Translations under genes and position numbers: made by a program
Notes under the pieces: model-generated
Database searches by the model: none
What the model was told of the DNA's origin: nothing
Seen by the model: the letters and a program-made list of their open reading frames with translations, nothing else
DNA from: Candidatus Latescibacterota bacterium
GTDB taxonomy: Bacteria > Latescibacterota > UBA2968 > UBA8231
Length of the DNA stretch: 64,000 bases
Reading direction: 5' to 3'
Assembly (NCBI GenBank): GCA_965261395.1
Contig: OZ253462.1
Location: 5,280,001 to 5,344,000 of the forward strand
In this document: positions 19,371 through 28,884 of the stretch, one piece after another
Layout of the letters: each line of letters starts with the position of its first letter
How positions within the stretch are numbered: the first letter of the stretch is position 1

Positions 19371-20138
19371 TCAACCCGCCCCGTCCGCTCCGGCCTTTTT
19401 CCTCGTTCCTTGGTCCACCGCAAAGCGGAACTCGACGTCGATGGTTTCTTCCGGATTGCCACTGGCGTCAAACGAAAGCACGAATTCGTGGAAGGTGAGC
19501 AGCAACTCGTCGTTTTCCGGCAGCAACGGGTCGAAGACCAACATGCCTTTTTGGCTGCTGTCGCGGAAGATCGGTCGATGGCGGTGAAAGACCGTCTTGT
19601 AGATAATGCCCATGCGCTCCAAGTTGATTTCGCGCTCGTTACCCGAAGTGCCGATCTCCATTTTGTAGTACTTGGTGAAACTGTTGCCCCCCAACACGAC
19701 GGCTCCCTCGCGCCCCGGATCGTAGTAGCGATAGGTCTCGCCGCCCGATTCCATGGTCGCCTTGGCCGGGTCGAATTCGATCTTGGCATAGGTCTTGTTT
19801 ATGACCTCGACTTCAAAAACGGTAAACTGGGGTGGGGTATAGCCCTTTTCGGGATCGATGTCGTCCCGGGTATAGGGATTGACGTGACGACCGTCGTACA
19901 GAGGTGGGAAGCGCTCGTTGAGCTCGGGGTCGCTCAGGTGCCGGATCTTAATCAAAAGCCCCTCTTTGCTAAAGACCATCGAGCTGTCGTCCGGGTCAAT
20001 GGTGTAATCGCCGCGGCCCTCGGGCAGGACGGGCATCACGTGCAGATCGTACTCGAGTTGGGGCGGCACCAGCCCCCCGCAACTCCAGACTAGCCCGAGT
20101 ACCACTACTCCGAGGAGTGCCGCATACCTCGCTCTCAT
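19371..20138 (-). CDS. Hypothetical lipoprotein (paralog of 31185-31964)
   Basis: Lipobox VWSC; IDPDDSS, YTPPQFTVFEVEVINKT..IEFDP. Confidence 0.8.
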   Translation of the reverse strand: MRARYAALLGVVVLGLVWSCGGLVPPQLEYDLHVMPVLPEGRGDYTIDPDDSSMVFSKEGLLIKIRHLSDPELNERFPPLYDGRHVNPYTRDDIDPEKGYTPPQFTVFEVEVINKTYAKIEFDPAKATMESGGETYRYYDPGREGAVVLGGNSFTKYYKMEIGTSGNEREINLERMGIIYKTVFHRHRPIFRDSSQKGMLVFDPLLPENDELLLTFHEFVLSFDASGNPEETIDVEFRFAVDQGTRKKAGADGAG

Positions 20139-20169
20139 AAAATTACAACTCCCTTTTTGCTAGCTGCCG

Positions 20170-20589
20170 TCAATTGGTTGGTTCTTCGGTTTCAATGTCG
20201 ATCTGTCCTATGCCCGCCATGGTAGCCGATTCCATTGCGTCGATGATATGGCCGTGCGCAGCATCGGCGTCCGCGGTGATAATCAGCGTCGATGAGCCGG
20301 TGCGGACCTTTTCGCGCTCTAGCCAGCTCGCTAGCTGCCCCATGGCCACTAGCTGCCCGTTGATCTCGAGCTGGCCCTCGCTCGAGATCCGCAGATTCAG
20401 CTTCTTCTCTGCCTTGAGCTGGTCGTAGTGCACCGAGTCGGGCAGCTCAATCCTGAGCTGAGTGGCCTTGATGAAGACCGTGGTGGTCATAAAGAAGATC
20501 AGCAGCAAGAACACCGCGTCTATCATCGGCGTCAGGTTCAGTTCAAATTCGCCGGCTTTTTCGGCCAGCGACTGTCTCCGTTTAGCCAT
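20170..20589 (-). CDS. exbD: ExbD/TolR family biopolymer transport protein (Asp retained)
   Basis: LNLTPMIDAVFLLLIFFMTTT; ITADADAAHG. Confidence 0.92.
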   Translation of the reverse strand: MAKRRQSLAEKAGEFELNLTPMIDAVFLLLIFFMTTTVFIKATQLRIELPDSVHYDQLKAEKKLNLRISSEGQLEINGQLVAMGQLASWLEREKVRTGSSTLIITADADAAHGHIIDAMESATMAGIGQIDIETEEPTN

Positions 20590-20596
20590 GCCGCTT

Positions 20597-21016
20597 TTAT
20601 CCTTCTCCGCTCTTGGCGAAAGCAATGGCCTCAATGCCCTCGCCGCGGGCGATGTCCATCACCTGCACCACATAGGAGTGAGGCACTGAACGCGCGGACT
20701 CCAAGATCACGTTCTTGGTGTTGTCGGCCTCGATGACTTGACGGATCTTTGCCGCCAAGCGCGCCTTATCCGTGACCTCGCCGTTGACTTGGATCGTCTG
20801 ATCCGGATCAATCACGATGTTCATGTCCTTGGTCGCTCTCGACTCACCCTCGCCGCCCGGCAAATCTACGCTCAGGCCCTTGGGGTTGACGAAAGTAGTC
20901 GCCACCATAAAGAAGACCAACAGCAAGAACATGCAGTTGATAAGCGGAGTCAGATCCGGGTTCTCCGTGGTCTTGAAGGCACTTTTGCCGAATCCGCTCT
21001 GTCGTCTCTGCCGCAT
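20597..21016 (-). CDS. exbD: ExbD/TolR family protein with Asp->Asn in the TM motif
   Basis: PDLTPLINCMFLLLVFFMVATTF; LSVDLP; VVQVMDIAR. Confidence 0.9.
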   Translation of the reverse strand: MRQRRQSGFGKSAFKTTENPDLTPLINCMFLLLVFFMVATTFVNPKGLSVDLPGGEGESRATKDMNIVIDPDQTIQVNGEVTDKARLAAKIRQVIEADNTKNVILESARSVPHSYVVQVMDIARGEGIEAIAFAKSGEG

Positions 21017-21034
21017 TGCAGCGTCTCTTTCTGC

Positions 21035-21709
21035 CTAGCTGGCCTCCCGCTGGCTGGCCTGGAAGCGCACCAACAGGGTATTGGCGAAGGCGTGACAGTA
21101 CAGCTCCACGCTCTTGAAGACCTTTTCCGCGCGACCGGAGAGGTAGCGGTGGAAGACGATAGTCGGAATGGCGACGATGAGGCCACTGGCCGTCGTAATC
21201 AGGGCCTCGGAAATGCCGCTGGCCACGGCCGCCGGATCGCCGGCCCCGGCGCGGGCAATCGCGTCAAAGGCGTTAATCATACCCATGATCGTGCCCAACA
21301 GCCCCATCAGTGGAGAGAGGACGCCAATCGTTCCAAGCGCGTTGAGCAAGCGGCCGAGATACATCTCGCCGGCCTCCTCCGTGGCCAAGATCAATTCCTG
21401 GCGCATGTCCTCTAGGTCCGTGCGATTTTCCAACACTAAGGTGTCGTAGCGCTTGACCAAGGCGGCGAAGACGAAGTTGAGCACGCCGCTGCCCTGCCGG
21501 AATAGTTCGACGGCTCCGCCTTCGCCTTGGCTTCTGAGCACTTCTTCTGCCTCGTTGAGCTGCTGTTCGGCCTCCTGTTCGCCCGGGACCGTCAGCAGGC
21601 GCCACAGCCGTTCTATAATGATGGCTAGAGCGATCAGCAAGCAGAGCAACAGGGGCCACATGATAGGCCCGCCTTTGAAAAATTGGTCAACTAAAAAATT
21701 TTGCTCCAT
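21035..21709 (-). CDS. exbB: MotA/TolQ/ExbB proton channel family protein
   Basis: GGPIMWPLL; LGTIGVLSPLMGLLGTIMGMINAF; GISEALITTASGLIVAIP. Confidence 0.95.
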   Translation of the reverse strand: MEQNFLVDQFFKGGPIMWPLLLCLLIALAIIIERLWRLLTVPGEQEAEQQLNEAEEVLRSQGEGGAVELFRQGSGVLNFVFAALVKRYDTLVLENRTDLEDMRQELILATEEAGEMYLGRLLNALGTIGVLSPLMGLLGTIMGMINAFDAIARAGAGDPAAVASGISEALITTASGLIVAIPTIVFHRYLSGRAEKVFKSVELYCHAFANTLLVRFQASQREAS

Positions 21710-21757
21710 TACAACCTCCCAGTATTGTGTCCTACCTTGCGTTGCGTTGAAAGCTCG

Positions 21758-24700
21758 CTATAGCCGGTTTTCCACGATCCATTCTCGGTGCATCTTGGCA
21801 AAACTGACTACGTCGGCGTTTTCCGGCTTGTCCCCACCCCTTTCTTCCACTACCTGATAGTTTTCCACGGCCTGCGGCCACTGGCGCGCGATTTCATAGG
21901 CCAGCCCTAGGTTGCAGTACGCGGCCAATTCGGTATAGGTGCCGGGGTACTCGCGAATAATCTCCTGTAGGGCTAGCACAGCCCGGTCGTATTCTTTGGC
22001 TTCAAAGAGCTTCATAGCCTCATTGTAGCTAAAGCTGGCTTGGATCTCGCTTAGCTCTCCCACCAAGGCTGTGGCCCTCGACGCCTCCTCGGAGTCTGGA
22101 TATCGCTCGAGCACTCGCTTGTAGGCCGCCATGGCCTCGTCATAAGACTGGATATTGTAGTAGTAGTCGCCGATGGTAAACTGCGCTTTCGGAGCGAACT
22201 CGCTATTAGGGTAATTGGCGACTAGGTCTTGCATCGCGCCTACTGCTTGCTCCATCTGCTCTTGTTCGACGAAGGACCAAGCCAACGCGTACTGCGCCGA
22301 TCCGCCGTATCGGCCTTGGGGATATTTGGCCAAGAGTGCTTGGTATGCCGGCACAGCCTCGGCAAAGGCCTGCTCGTTGTAGTGGTTTTCGCCAATGAGG
22401 AAAAGCGCTTCTTCCTCGTATTGGGACTGGAGATAGCGCTCGACGAGCGCGGCAAAAGCGGCCGCAGCCTCCTTGAACTGGGTCAGGGCCTGGAGGCTGT
22501 GGGCTAGATAGTACTGGCCGTGAATGCGGTTGGCATTGCGCGGATATTTGTCGACAAAGGCCCTGAAGCTCTTGGCGGCGGTGGCATAGTCGCCGTAGCT
22601 GATTTCGGCAAAGCCCTTGGAGAAGGCCAAGTTGCCACTCTCGCCCGAATTCGGATAGCGCTTGAGACCTTGGGCGAAGATGCGGGCGGCTTCCTCGTAT
22701 TTCTGCTGCTGCAGCAGCGCGTTGCCGATGATGGAATAGGCGCGTTCTTTGCGGTAATAACCAGCTTGATTGTCGTCTTCAAACTGCATCTCGAGGAGCT
22801 GGCGAGCGAAGTTCTCGGCTTGGACGAAGTCCTGCTGATCGTAGTACAGCTCGGTCAGCAGCATGCTAAAGGTGGCCTGCTCCTGGAGGTCGTCCGACGC
22901 GGCGATGAGCTCTCGGTAGTAGCTGGCCGCCTCTTCTTGCCGCCCCAAGCGAATCATACCAGCCCCCAGCGTGCGGAAGGCGCTGTCCTTTATCTGGGGC
23001 GCGGGATCGCTTTCGAGCAGGGCCTTCATATCCTCCAGCGATGTCTCATAGCTTATGCGGGCCTTGGCCGTGTCGCCGACGGCGTCTTGCTGTTTGGCGA
23101 CCTCGTAGTACGCACCGCCGCGGGCCAGCAGCGAATTTTGCAGGATGTGCACGGGCGGATTCAGCGCAATGGCCTGACCCCAAGAGTCAATCGCACCCGC
23201 GAGATTGTCCTCGGCGAAATGCACCCGAGCCAAGGTGTAGTGCATCTGGCCTCTTAGGGTGTCGTCGTCGGCTCGATCCAAGGCGCGAGATAGGGCCTTG
23301 CGCGCCTTTTCGTACTCTTGTTTGCCCATGTAGAACTCGGCCAACTCGACCTGCACAGTCGGCCACTTGTCCCAATCCGCTTCCACCATCTCATAGGCGG
23401 CGATGGCGCTGTCTTGATCCTGGAGGCGCTTGTAGGTAAGGCCCAGCTCCATCCGCGTCGTATTGCGCAGTTCCGAATCCGGAAAGCGGTCAAGGAAGGA
23501 CGTATAGATCTCCTCGGCCCGTTTGAGATCGGATGCAGCATAGGCTATGCGGGCCAACTGCAAAAGGCCGTTGGGGGCCGCCGGATGGTCCGCATACTCA
23601 TCGACTAATCGCTGGTACAGCGGCTGAGCCGCTTCGTTTTTCTTTAGGAGTTGATTGGCAAAGCCGGCGTTAAAAAGCACATCCGGTATCAGGGAATTGT
23701 CCTCGTGCTGGGTCAAGAGCTGATCGTAGCCCTTGAGCGCCTCGGCGATTTCCGCGTTCGCTCTAGCCGGGTCCTCGCTGCGGACCTGCCGCCCATATTC
23801 TTGGTGGCACTGGGCAATGCGAAAGAGAACCTTGTAGCGGTCAAAGCCAATGCGCTGGGCCACATCGCCGTAGGCATTGAGGTAGATCTCGTATTCTTGT
23901 GCCGACTTGAGGTACTCGTCTTGGTCGAAAAGCATCAGGGCAACCGTTAGCTGTGTGCGAGCCTGAAAGAGCTTGTCCTCGACCTTTTCGATGGCGTCCT
24001 TGTACGCGGCGATGGCCGCTGTCGTGCCCTGTTCCTTCTGCACCAACTCGGCGGTGCGGATATAGCTGTTTTGCACCAAGACCGGCTCAGCCACGTATTC
24101 GGCCGGGAGTACGGCATAGGCGGCGAGGGCCTTGGCGACCTCGCCGTTGAGTGCGTAGATATCGCCCTTTTTCAGGTGGGCCTTGGCGACTAGCTCGCGC
24201 GCAGTCTCCTTGACCAAACCCTTGAGCTTGAGGGTGGCCATCTCGATGATTTCTTCCTCGGTCATCTGCGCGAAGTCGTAGCGGGCGATGAGGCGGTCGA
24301 GGTAACTCAGCGCATCTTCGTACTGCCCGAGCTTGTCGTAGCTCTCGGCAATCTGGAAGAGCGAGCGATCGGCGTTGGAGCCTCTCGGGGCCAAGACCAA
24401 CACCTGCTTGAAGCTGGCGATGGCCTCCTCATAGCGCTCCAATTCAAAATAGGACCACGCTCGGTCGTAGTGAACGGACGCCTCGTAGAGGCTGTGGGGG
24501 AAGCTGTGCAGCAGCGCGTCCCCCTCCTCAATGACCTGATCGTACTCCTTGAGTTGGTAACTCGTCTGGATCATCTGGTACTGCGCCATCACTCGAGTGC
24601 GGTCATCGACGCGCTCGTCCGCGGCTAGGCTGCGGAAGTGGTCGCGGCTCTTGTTGAGATCTTGCAGCGCCTCCTCGTAGCGAGCGTCGGCCTCGGTCTC

Positions 24701-25030
24701 CTTTTGCTCTGAGCGCAAAAACTGCGAGCGCTGCAATTTTTCGAGACCCAGCTTGTTGTAGGTATTGCCTAGCTGATAGGTGGCACCCACGCGCACCGGC
24801 AGGATGAACTCGTCAACCGCTACGGTTACATCCTCCACGCTGATCATGGAGTTGCTCTCGGTGGAGAGAATAACCTCATAGCGCTCAATAGCTTTGTCAT
24901 AGGCCCCGAGCGCATAGAGCTTCTGACCTTCCTCAAAGCGGTCTTGCAATTCCACCGGCGAGAAGAAGCGCGTACTCAGGCTGGCGGCCACGCCGACCGC
25001 TGCGACCAGCAGCAGATTTACCAGAATCAT
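21758..25030 (-). CDS. Large tetratricopeptide-repeat protein (CpoB/BamD-like repeats), N-terminal signal or anchor
   Basis: Serial TPRs with YPxS motifs (FVDKYPRN, LERYPDSEEA, IREYPGT). Confidence 0.9.
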   Translation of the reverse strand: MILVNLLLVAAVGVAASLSTRFFSPVELQDRFEEGQKLYALGAYDKAIERYEVILSTESNSMISVEDVTVAVDEFILPVRVGATYQLGNTYNKLGLEKLQRSQFLRSEQKETEADARYEEALQDLNKSRDHFRSLAADERVDDRTRVMAQYQMIQTSYQLKEYDQVIEEGDALLHSFPHSLYEASVHYDRAWSYFELERYEEAIASFKQVLVLAPRGSNADRSLFQIAESYDKLGQYEDALSYLDRLIARYDFAQMTEEEIIEMATLKLKGLVKETARELVAKAHLKKGDIYALNGEVAKALAAYAVLPAEYVAEPVLVQNSYIRTAELVQKEQGTTAAIAAYKDAIEKVEDKLFQARTQLTVALMLFDQDEYLKSAQEYEIYLNAYGDVAQRIGFDRYKVLFRIAQCHQEYGRQVRSEDPARANAEIAEALKGYDQLLTQHEDNSLIPDVLFNAGFANQLLKKNEAAQPLYQRLVDEYADHPAAPNGLLQLARIAYAASDLKRAEEIYTSFLDRFPDSELRNTTRMELGLTYKRLQDQDSAIAAYEMVEADWDKWPTVQVELAEFYMGKQEYEKARKALSRALDRADDDTLRGQMHYTLARVHFAEDNLAGAIDSWGQAIALNPPVHILQNSLLARGGAYYEVAKQQDAVGDTAKARISYETSLEDMKALLESDPAPQIKDSAFRTLGAGMIRLGRQEEAASYYRELIAASDDLQEQATFSMLLTELYYDQQDFVQAENFARQLLEMQFEDDNQAGYYRKERAYSIIGNALLQQQKYEEAARIFAQGLKRYPNSGESGNLAFSKGFAEISYGDYATAAKSFRAFVDKYPRNANRIHGQYYLAHSLQALTQFKEAAAAFAALVERYLQSQYEEEALFLIGENHYNEQAFAEAVPAYQALLAKYPQGRYGGSAQYALAWSFVEQEQMEQAVGAMQDLVANYPNSEFAPKAQFTIGDYYYNIQSYDEAMAAYKRVLERYPDSEEASRATALVGELSEIQASFSYNEAMKLFEAKEYDRAVLALQEIIREYPGTYTELAAYCNLGLAYEIARQWPQAVENYQVVEERGGDKPENADVVSFAKMHREWIVENRL

Positions 25031-25047
25031 GGTGTCAGTCTCCTAGC

Positions 25048-27972
25048 CTAGAACCCGGCCACGATATCAAAGAAGAGGCGCGCGTTGTCAAAGCTATCGG
25101 AAGCGCGCGTGGCATCGTCGTACTCCCGGCTACTTTTGATAAAGCCGAACTGGGAGGCGAGGTTGTAGCCGTAGTGATCTGAGCGGTTGCTCATCATCAG
25201 CACTAGCGTCCACTCCTTAAAGTTATTGTTGTTATCTTTCAGGTCTATATAGGTGTGCCGCCAAAAAGGGAGGCCCTGAAATCCCAGTTGCAGATTGGAC
25301 TTGGCCGTCAGGTCGAAGCGGGTCCTGACAATCGGTGCGTAAATCGAGTACGACTCAATGATGCCGTTGTCTTCGTCCCCCGCGTCTTCGAGTACACTCC
25401 AATGCTCGCGCAACAACAGGTGCTTGAACATCGGGCGGATGTTCAGGTTGCCGGCGTTGATCGTATAGTCGAGCCGGTTGACCATCGTAAAGGTCGAGAG
25501 CACACCCGCTTCCTGTTGGGTGCCGTCGTCGAACTCGTCCTCAGCTTGGCTGTTGCGGATCCACTGGACGTTGTTGATGACGTTGAGGTTGGAAAACTGC
25601 CTAAAGGTCGAACTGATGAACAGGGTATTGACCAAACTATTGCGCATGTTCAGCGGATCGACATCCGGCGGAAAAATCTGCGAATTGAGATCCCGAGCCT
25701 CAATCATTGGACCTTTCAAGTGCGGGACGGGACTGGGTATCCGCTGGGAAAAACCCACGTCTTCCCAGATGTACACGTCGTCGCGGATGTCGTCTTGGAC
25801 CTGCTTGATGTCCTCGTTGATGCGAATTTTCCCCAGATAGGGCGAGATAAAGTTGTGCTCGTAGCGGGCGTACATGGCCTTGGCTTCGCCGCCGCCGGTC
25901 GGCTCCTTCATGGTGTAATAGCCGACAGAAGCCCATTTGCCCCAGCGCCCCAAGCCTTTCTTGGTGGCCACCAAATGGACCCCTTGGCGGTCCCGTGGGT
26001 AGGGATAGTCAGGCAGCGCGTCGTTTTCGCGGTAATCGACTATGCCGTTGTTGTTGAAGTCGATGCCGTAGATGAAATCCGGCGGATCGGCGTCGTAAAA
26101 GAGAATCGGCTCGGTCCAGTCGGGAATGCCGTTGAAATTCTGGTCGCTGTCCGGGATTAGGTCGTTGTTTTCGTCCAGTCCAGGGAAAATGCCCGAATCC
26201 GACTTCTCCGAACTGGGCAGTTCGTTGAGCATCTCGTCTGGCCATTGGTCGTTGTCGTCGTTATCGGTCATCACGGACATTTCCTGCATCTGTGGACACA
26301 CGAAGCAATCGTCGCTGAAGAAGGCCACGCCGCCGCGATCGCTATCGTAGTTGCCGCTGTAGTCCGAGTCTAGGTTGAAAATTTCGCCACCGATCTCGAT
26401 CGGGCCTACTTCCTTTTCGGCCGTGAGGAAATAGCCGAGGGCCTGCTTGCCAAAGCGCTTGCCGGCATTGCTGCCCACCGGGAAGAGGAAGTATTGGGGA
26501 TTGGCGACCAATTCGCCCTTTAATTTTAGCCCTTTGAGGCTTAAGTCCCAGTCCAACCCATAGAGCGCCTGACCGGTGGGGATGCCATAATCAAACTCGA
26601 CCACCTTGCGGCCCGAGTCACTGCCTACGGAGCGCAGGACCGTATAGCCTACCCGGGTCGGATCGAGCAGATCCCACTTGTATTGCAAAAACGGCTGAGC
26701 CTGGGTAGTGAACGGATCGGGCACCACCGGCCACTGATTGAAGGCGTCGGGATTTTCTACCAGCACATCTTCGAGCGGTTTGATTGCGTCGTCAGCTCTC
26801 AGCCCGGTAAAAGGATTGACGTACCGGCTGCCACCCGGAGCGTAGTTGTCGTTCCCTTCGGCCACTTCGTCCACGTTCTTTTGGTGGGCCCGCTGATCGA
26901 AGAACAAGTGCTGTTGGCGCACCAAAATGCGATAGTCGCCCTCGACATCGGCCAAGAAGCGCACGGACTTCATCGTCAGCCCCGGAGCAAGTTCGTTGGG
27001 ATCTGCGGAGTACCCCGCGTCATCCGGCAGGTTGAATTGCGGCATTTGGAAGCGGAAGACCACTTGGTCGCCGCCGGCTATGGTCAGCCCGCCCTCGGCC
27101 CCGCCAACCGGATCAATCATCTTCAGGCTCGAGTCGTACTCGGGATCGCCTTCAATGCTGGTCAGGCGCACCCGCTGCCCCTGCGACTCGCCGATGATCA
27201 CCACATCTACGTCATAGACGGTGGCCGGCCGGCCTATATCGTCGGGCGAATCGTCTTCGACAATGACTTCGATAAAAGAGGGCGGCAGCATGCTGTAGGG
27301 AGTATCTCCCTTGAGAAAGGAGCCATTCTCGTCGGCGGTATTGGCCATGTGCTGATTGAAGTACGTGGCGCCCATGCGCAGCACATTGCCCAGCTTGGTC
27401 TCCCAGTGGCCGCCAAAGATCAACACCGGCGAGGTCTCCCTAGTCGCTTTGAAGGTCGAAAACTTGGCGGCGTTCAACAGGTCGCCGCCTTGGCTCAGCA
27501 TCAGGGTAAACTTGTTGTCCGAGGAAGCGCCGTCGAGTAGAATGCCAAAGAAGCGCGGGTCGCTAAAGGTCAGGTCTGAAAACTTGGCGCGGATATCCTC
27601 ACCTAAGGTCACTCGGTAATTCCAGCCCTTGTACGAGTCGTTGAGCATCACCAAGTTGGCGAACCACCCTAAGTACTGGGCCGTGCGGGTGTTGATATTA
27701 CTTTCTCCAGGGCGGGAAAACTCCCAAGTAAAGACATTGAACCCGCGCGACAGGTAATTGCCTAAGCGGTCGTAGCGATTGCGTGCGTTGATCACCGAAG
27801 GATAGGGATCGTACTCCTTGCGCCCGTAGTTCAAATAAGGTTCGGGATGGCCGAGGTTGAGGAAATCCCGGTTGCGCAGAAAGGTCTGCGCTTCGGCTTC
27901 GGCGCCCAGCATACCCAACCCAACAAACGCTAGTAGCGCGGTCCTCACCAGGCTTTTTCTCGCATTACTCAT
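25048..27972 (-). CDS. Hypothetical ~975-aa putative outer-membrane protein with Asp-rich Ca-binding loops (paralog of 31966-34935)
   Basis: Signal peptide ending AEA-Q; DNDDNDQWPD, PGLDENNDLIPDSDQNFNGIPD, YGIDFNNNG; amphipathic C-terminal strands ending ...FDIVAGF; start 27972 or 27987. Confidence 0.75.
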   Translation of the reverse strand: MSNARKSLVRTALLAFVGLGMLGAEAEAQTFLRNRDFLNLGHPEPYLNYGRKEYDPYPSVINARNRYDRLGNYLSRGFNVFTWEFSRPGESNINTRTAQYLGWFANLVMLNDSYKGWNYRVTLGEDIRAKFSDLTFSDPRFFGILLDGASSDNKFTLMLSQGGDLLNAAKFSTFKATRETSPVLIFGGHWETKLGNVLRMGATYFNQHMANTADENGSFLKGDTPYSMLPPSFIEVIVEDDSPDDIGRPATVYDVDVVIIGESQGQRVRLTSIEGDPEYDSSLKMIDPVGGAEGGLTIAGGDQVVFRFQMPQFNLPDDAGYSADPNELAPGLTMKSVRFLADVEGDYRILVRQQHLFFDQRAHQKNVDEVAEGNDNYAPGGSRYVNPFTGLRADDAIKPLEDVLVENPDAFNQWPVVPDPFTTQAQPFLQYKWDLLDPTRVGYTVLRSVGSDSGRKVVEFDYGIPTGQALYGLDWDLSLKGLKLKGELVANPQYFLFPVGSNAGKRFGKQALGYFLTAEKEVGPIEIGGEIFNLDSDYSGNYDSDRGGVAFFSDDCFVCPQMQEMSVMTDNDDNDQWPDEMLNELPSSEKSDSGIFPGLDENNDLIPDSDQNFNGIPDWTEPILFYDADPPDFIYGIDFNNNGIVDYRENDALPDYPYPRDRQGVHLVATKKGLGRWGKWASVGYYTMKEPTGGGEAKAMYARYEHNFISPYLGKIRINEDIKQVQDDIRDDVYIWEDVGFSQRIPSPVPHLKGPMIEARDLNSQIFPPDVDPLNMRNSLVNTLFISSTFRQFSNLNVINNVQWIRNSQAEDEFDDGTQQEAGVLSTFTMVNRLDYTINAGNLNIRPMFKHLLLREHWSVLEDAGDEDNGIIESYSIYAPIVRTRFDLTAKSNLQLGFQGLPFWRHTYIDLKDNNNNFKEWTLVLMMSNRSDHYGYNLASQFGFIKSSREYDDATRASDSFDNARLFFDIVAGF

Positions 27973-28023
27973 GGCAGCTATCCTCATTCAGTATAGAGAT
28001 TCCGTCTTCAGTCGCATTCCAAC

Positions 28024-28884
28024 TCAGCGCTGGCGATAACCAACGCTGAACCGATGTACACCTCCATAGCCGGAGAGGTGTAGCGGGTAGGAATAAGCAT
28101 AATCGAAATGCCATTGCTTATAGTTGTGGCCAAGGCCCACATTGAACTCTCTGTTGTCAAAACCTGTACCAACCGCCGCCCCGCCCATGCGGAACCGAGC
28201 GCCGTTGAGACTCACCGTCCGCGTCTCGAAACCCACTCTGAACTCGGTTTGCCCATCGCGGCGCTCAATGTCGAGTAGGACTTCCCGCCCCGTCAAGTTG
28301 AGCAAGGCCGCTGCGACCACGGCCGGCTTTTCTTTGCCTGCAGCTTGGCCACCCGCTGCGATATTCGCGCCGTTTAAGCCTTTGGCGACCAACCCCAAGC
28401 GCAGGTACGCTCGCGGGTGAATGAAACCCACTTCCCAAGTCGCCCCTACATCGAGGTGCCAAGCCCGGTGCGACAGATCGCCAGCTTTCCAAGCGCTGGT
28501 GCGCAAGCCGCCGCCTAAGGCGAATCGCTCGTTCAACGGCCGGCCATAGCCCAAGGCAATTACTTCTTCGCGCCAGCCATCGGCACCGAGAAACGAAAGG
28601 CCCAGTTGCAAACCGCCGCCCCGCAAGGGGCCGGTTACCGACAAACCGTTTAAGGCTGGGCTTTGGTCCAACCCGGGATAGAGCAACGCGTGCGTCGTGC
28701 CTGCCTGCCATTTTTGCTGCTGGGCATTGCCGGCCGGATTGTACCAAACGGCCTCAGCCGTCTGAATACTGGCGGCGAAAGCCCCGCCCAACGCCGTGCT
28801 CTGGGCCCCCTGTGCCGCAAATTCAAAAGCAGCACCAACCGGGGAGACGAGAGCCAGCAATAGGACGCTAGTACGCCACCACAA
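28024..28884 (-). CDS. PorV/PorQ/PorP-like outer-membrane beta-barrel
   Basis: Signal peptide; GAQSTALGGAFAA...AVWYNPAG; C-terminal FDYAYSYP...GVHRFSVGY. Confidence 0.78.
   Translation of the reverse strand: MWWRTSVLLLALVSPVGAAFEFAAQGAQSTALGGAFAASIQTAEAVWYNPAGNAQQQKWQAGTTHALLYPGLDQSPALNGLSVTGPLRGGGLQLGLSFLGADGWREEVIALGYGRPLNERFALGGGLRTSAWKAGDLSHRAWHLDVGATWEVGFIHPRAYLRLGLVAKGLNGANIAAGGQAAGKEKPAVVAAALLNLTGREVLLDIERRDGQTEFRVGFETRTVSLNGARFRMGGAAVGTGFDNREFNVGLGHNYKQWHFDYAYSYPLHLSGYGGVHRFSVGYRQR

Noticed and set aside
20170-25030. Canonical Tol-Pal operon
   Set aside because: No tolA, tolB or pal; two ExbD-type genes and different neighbours
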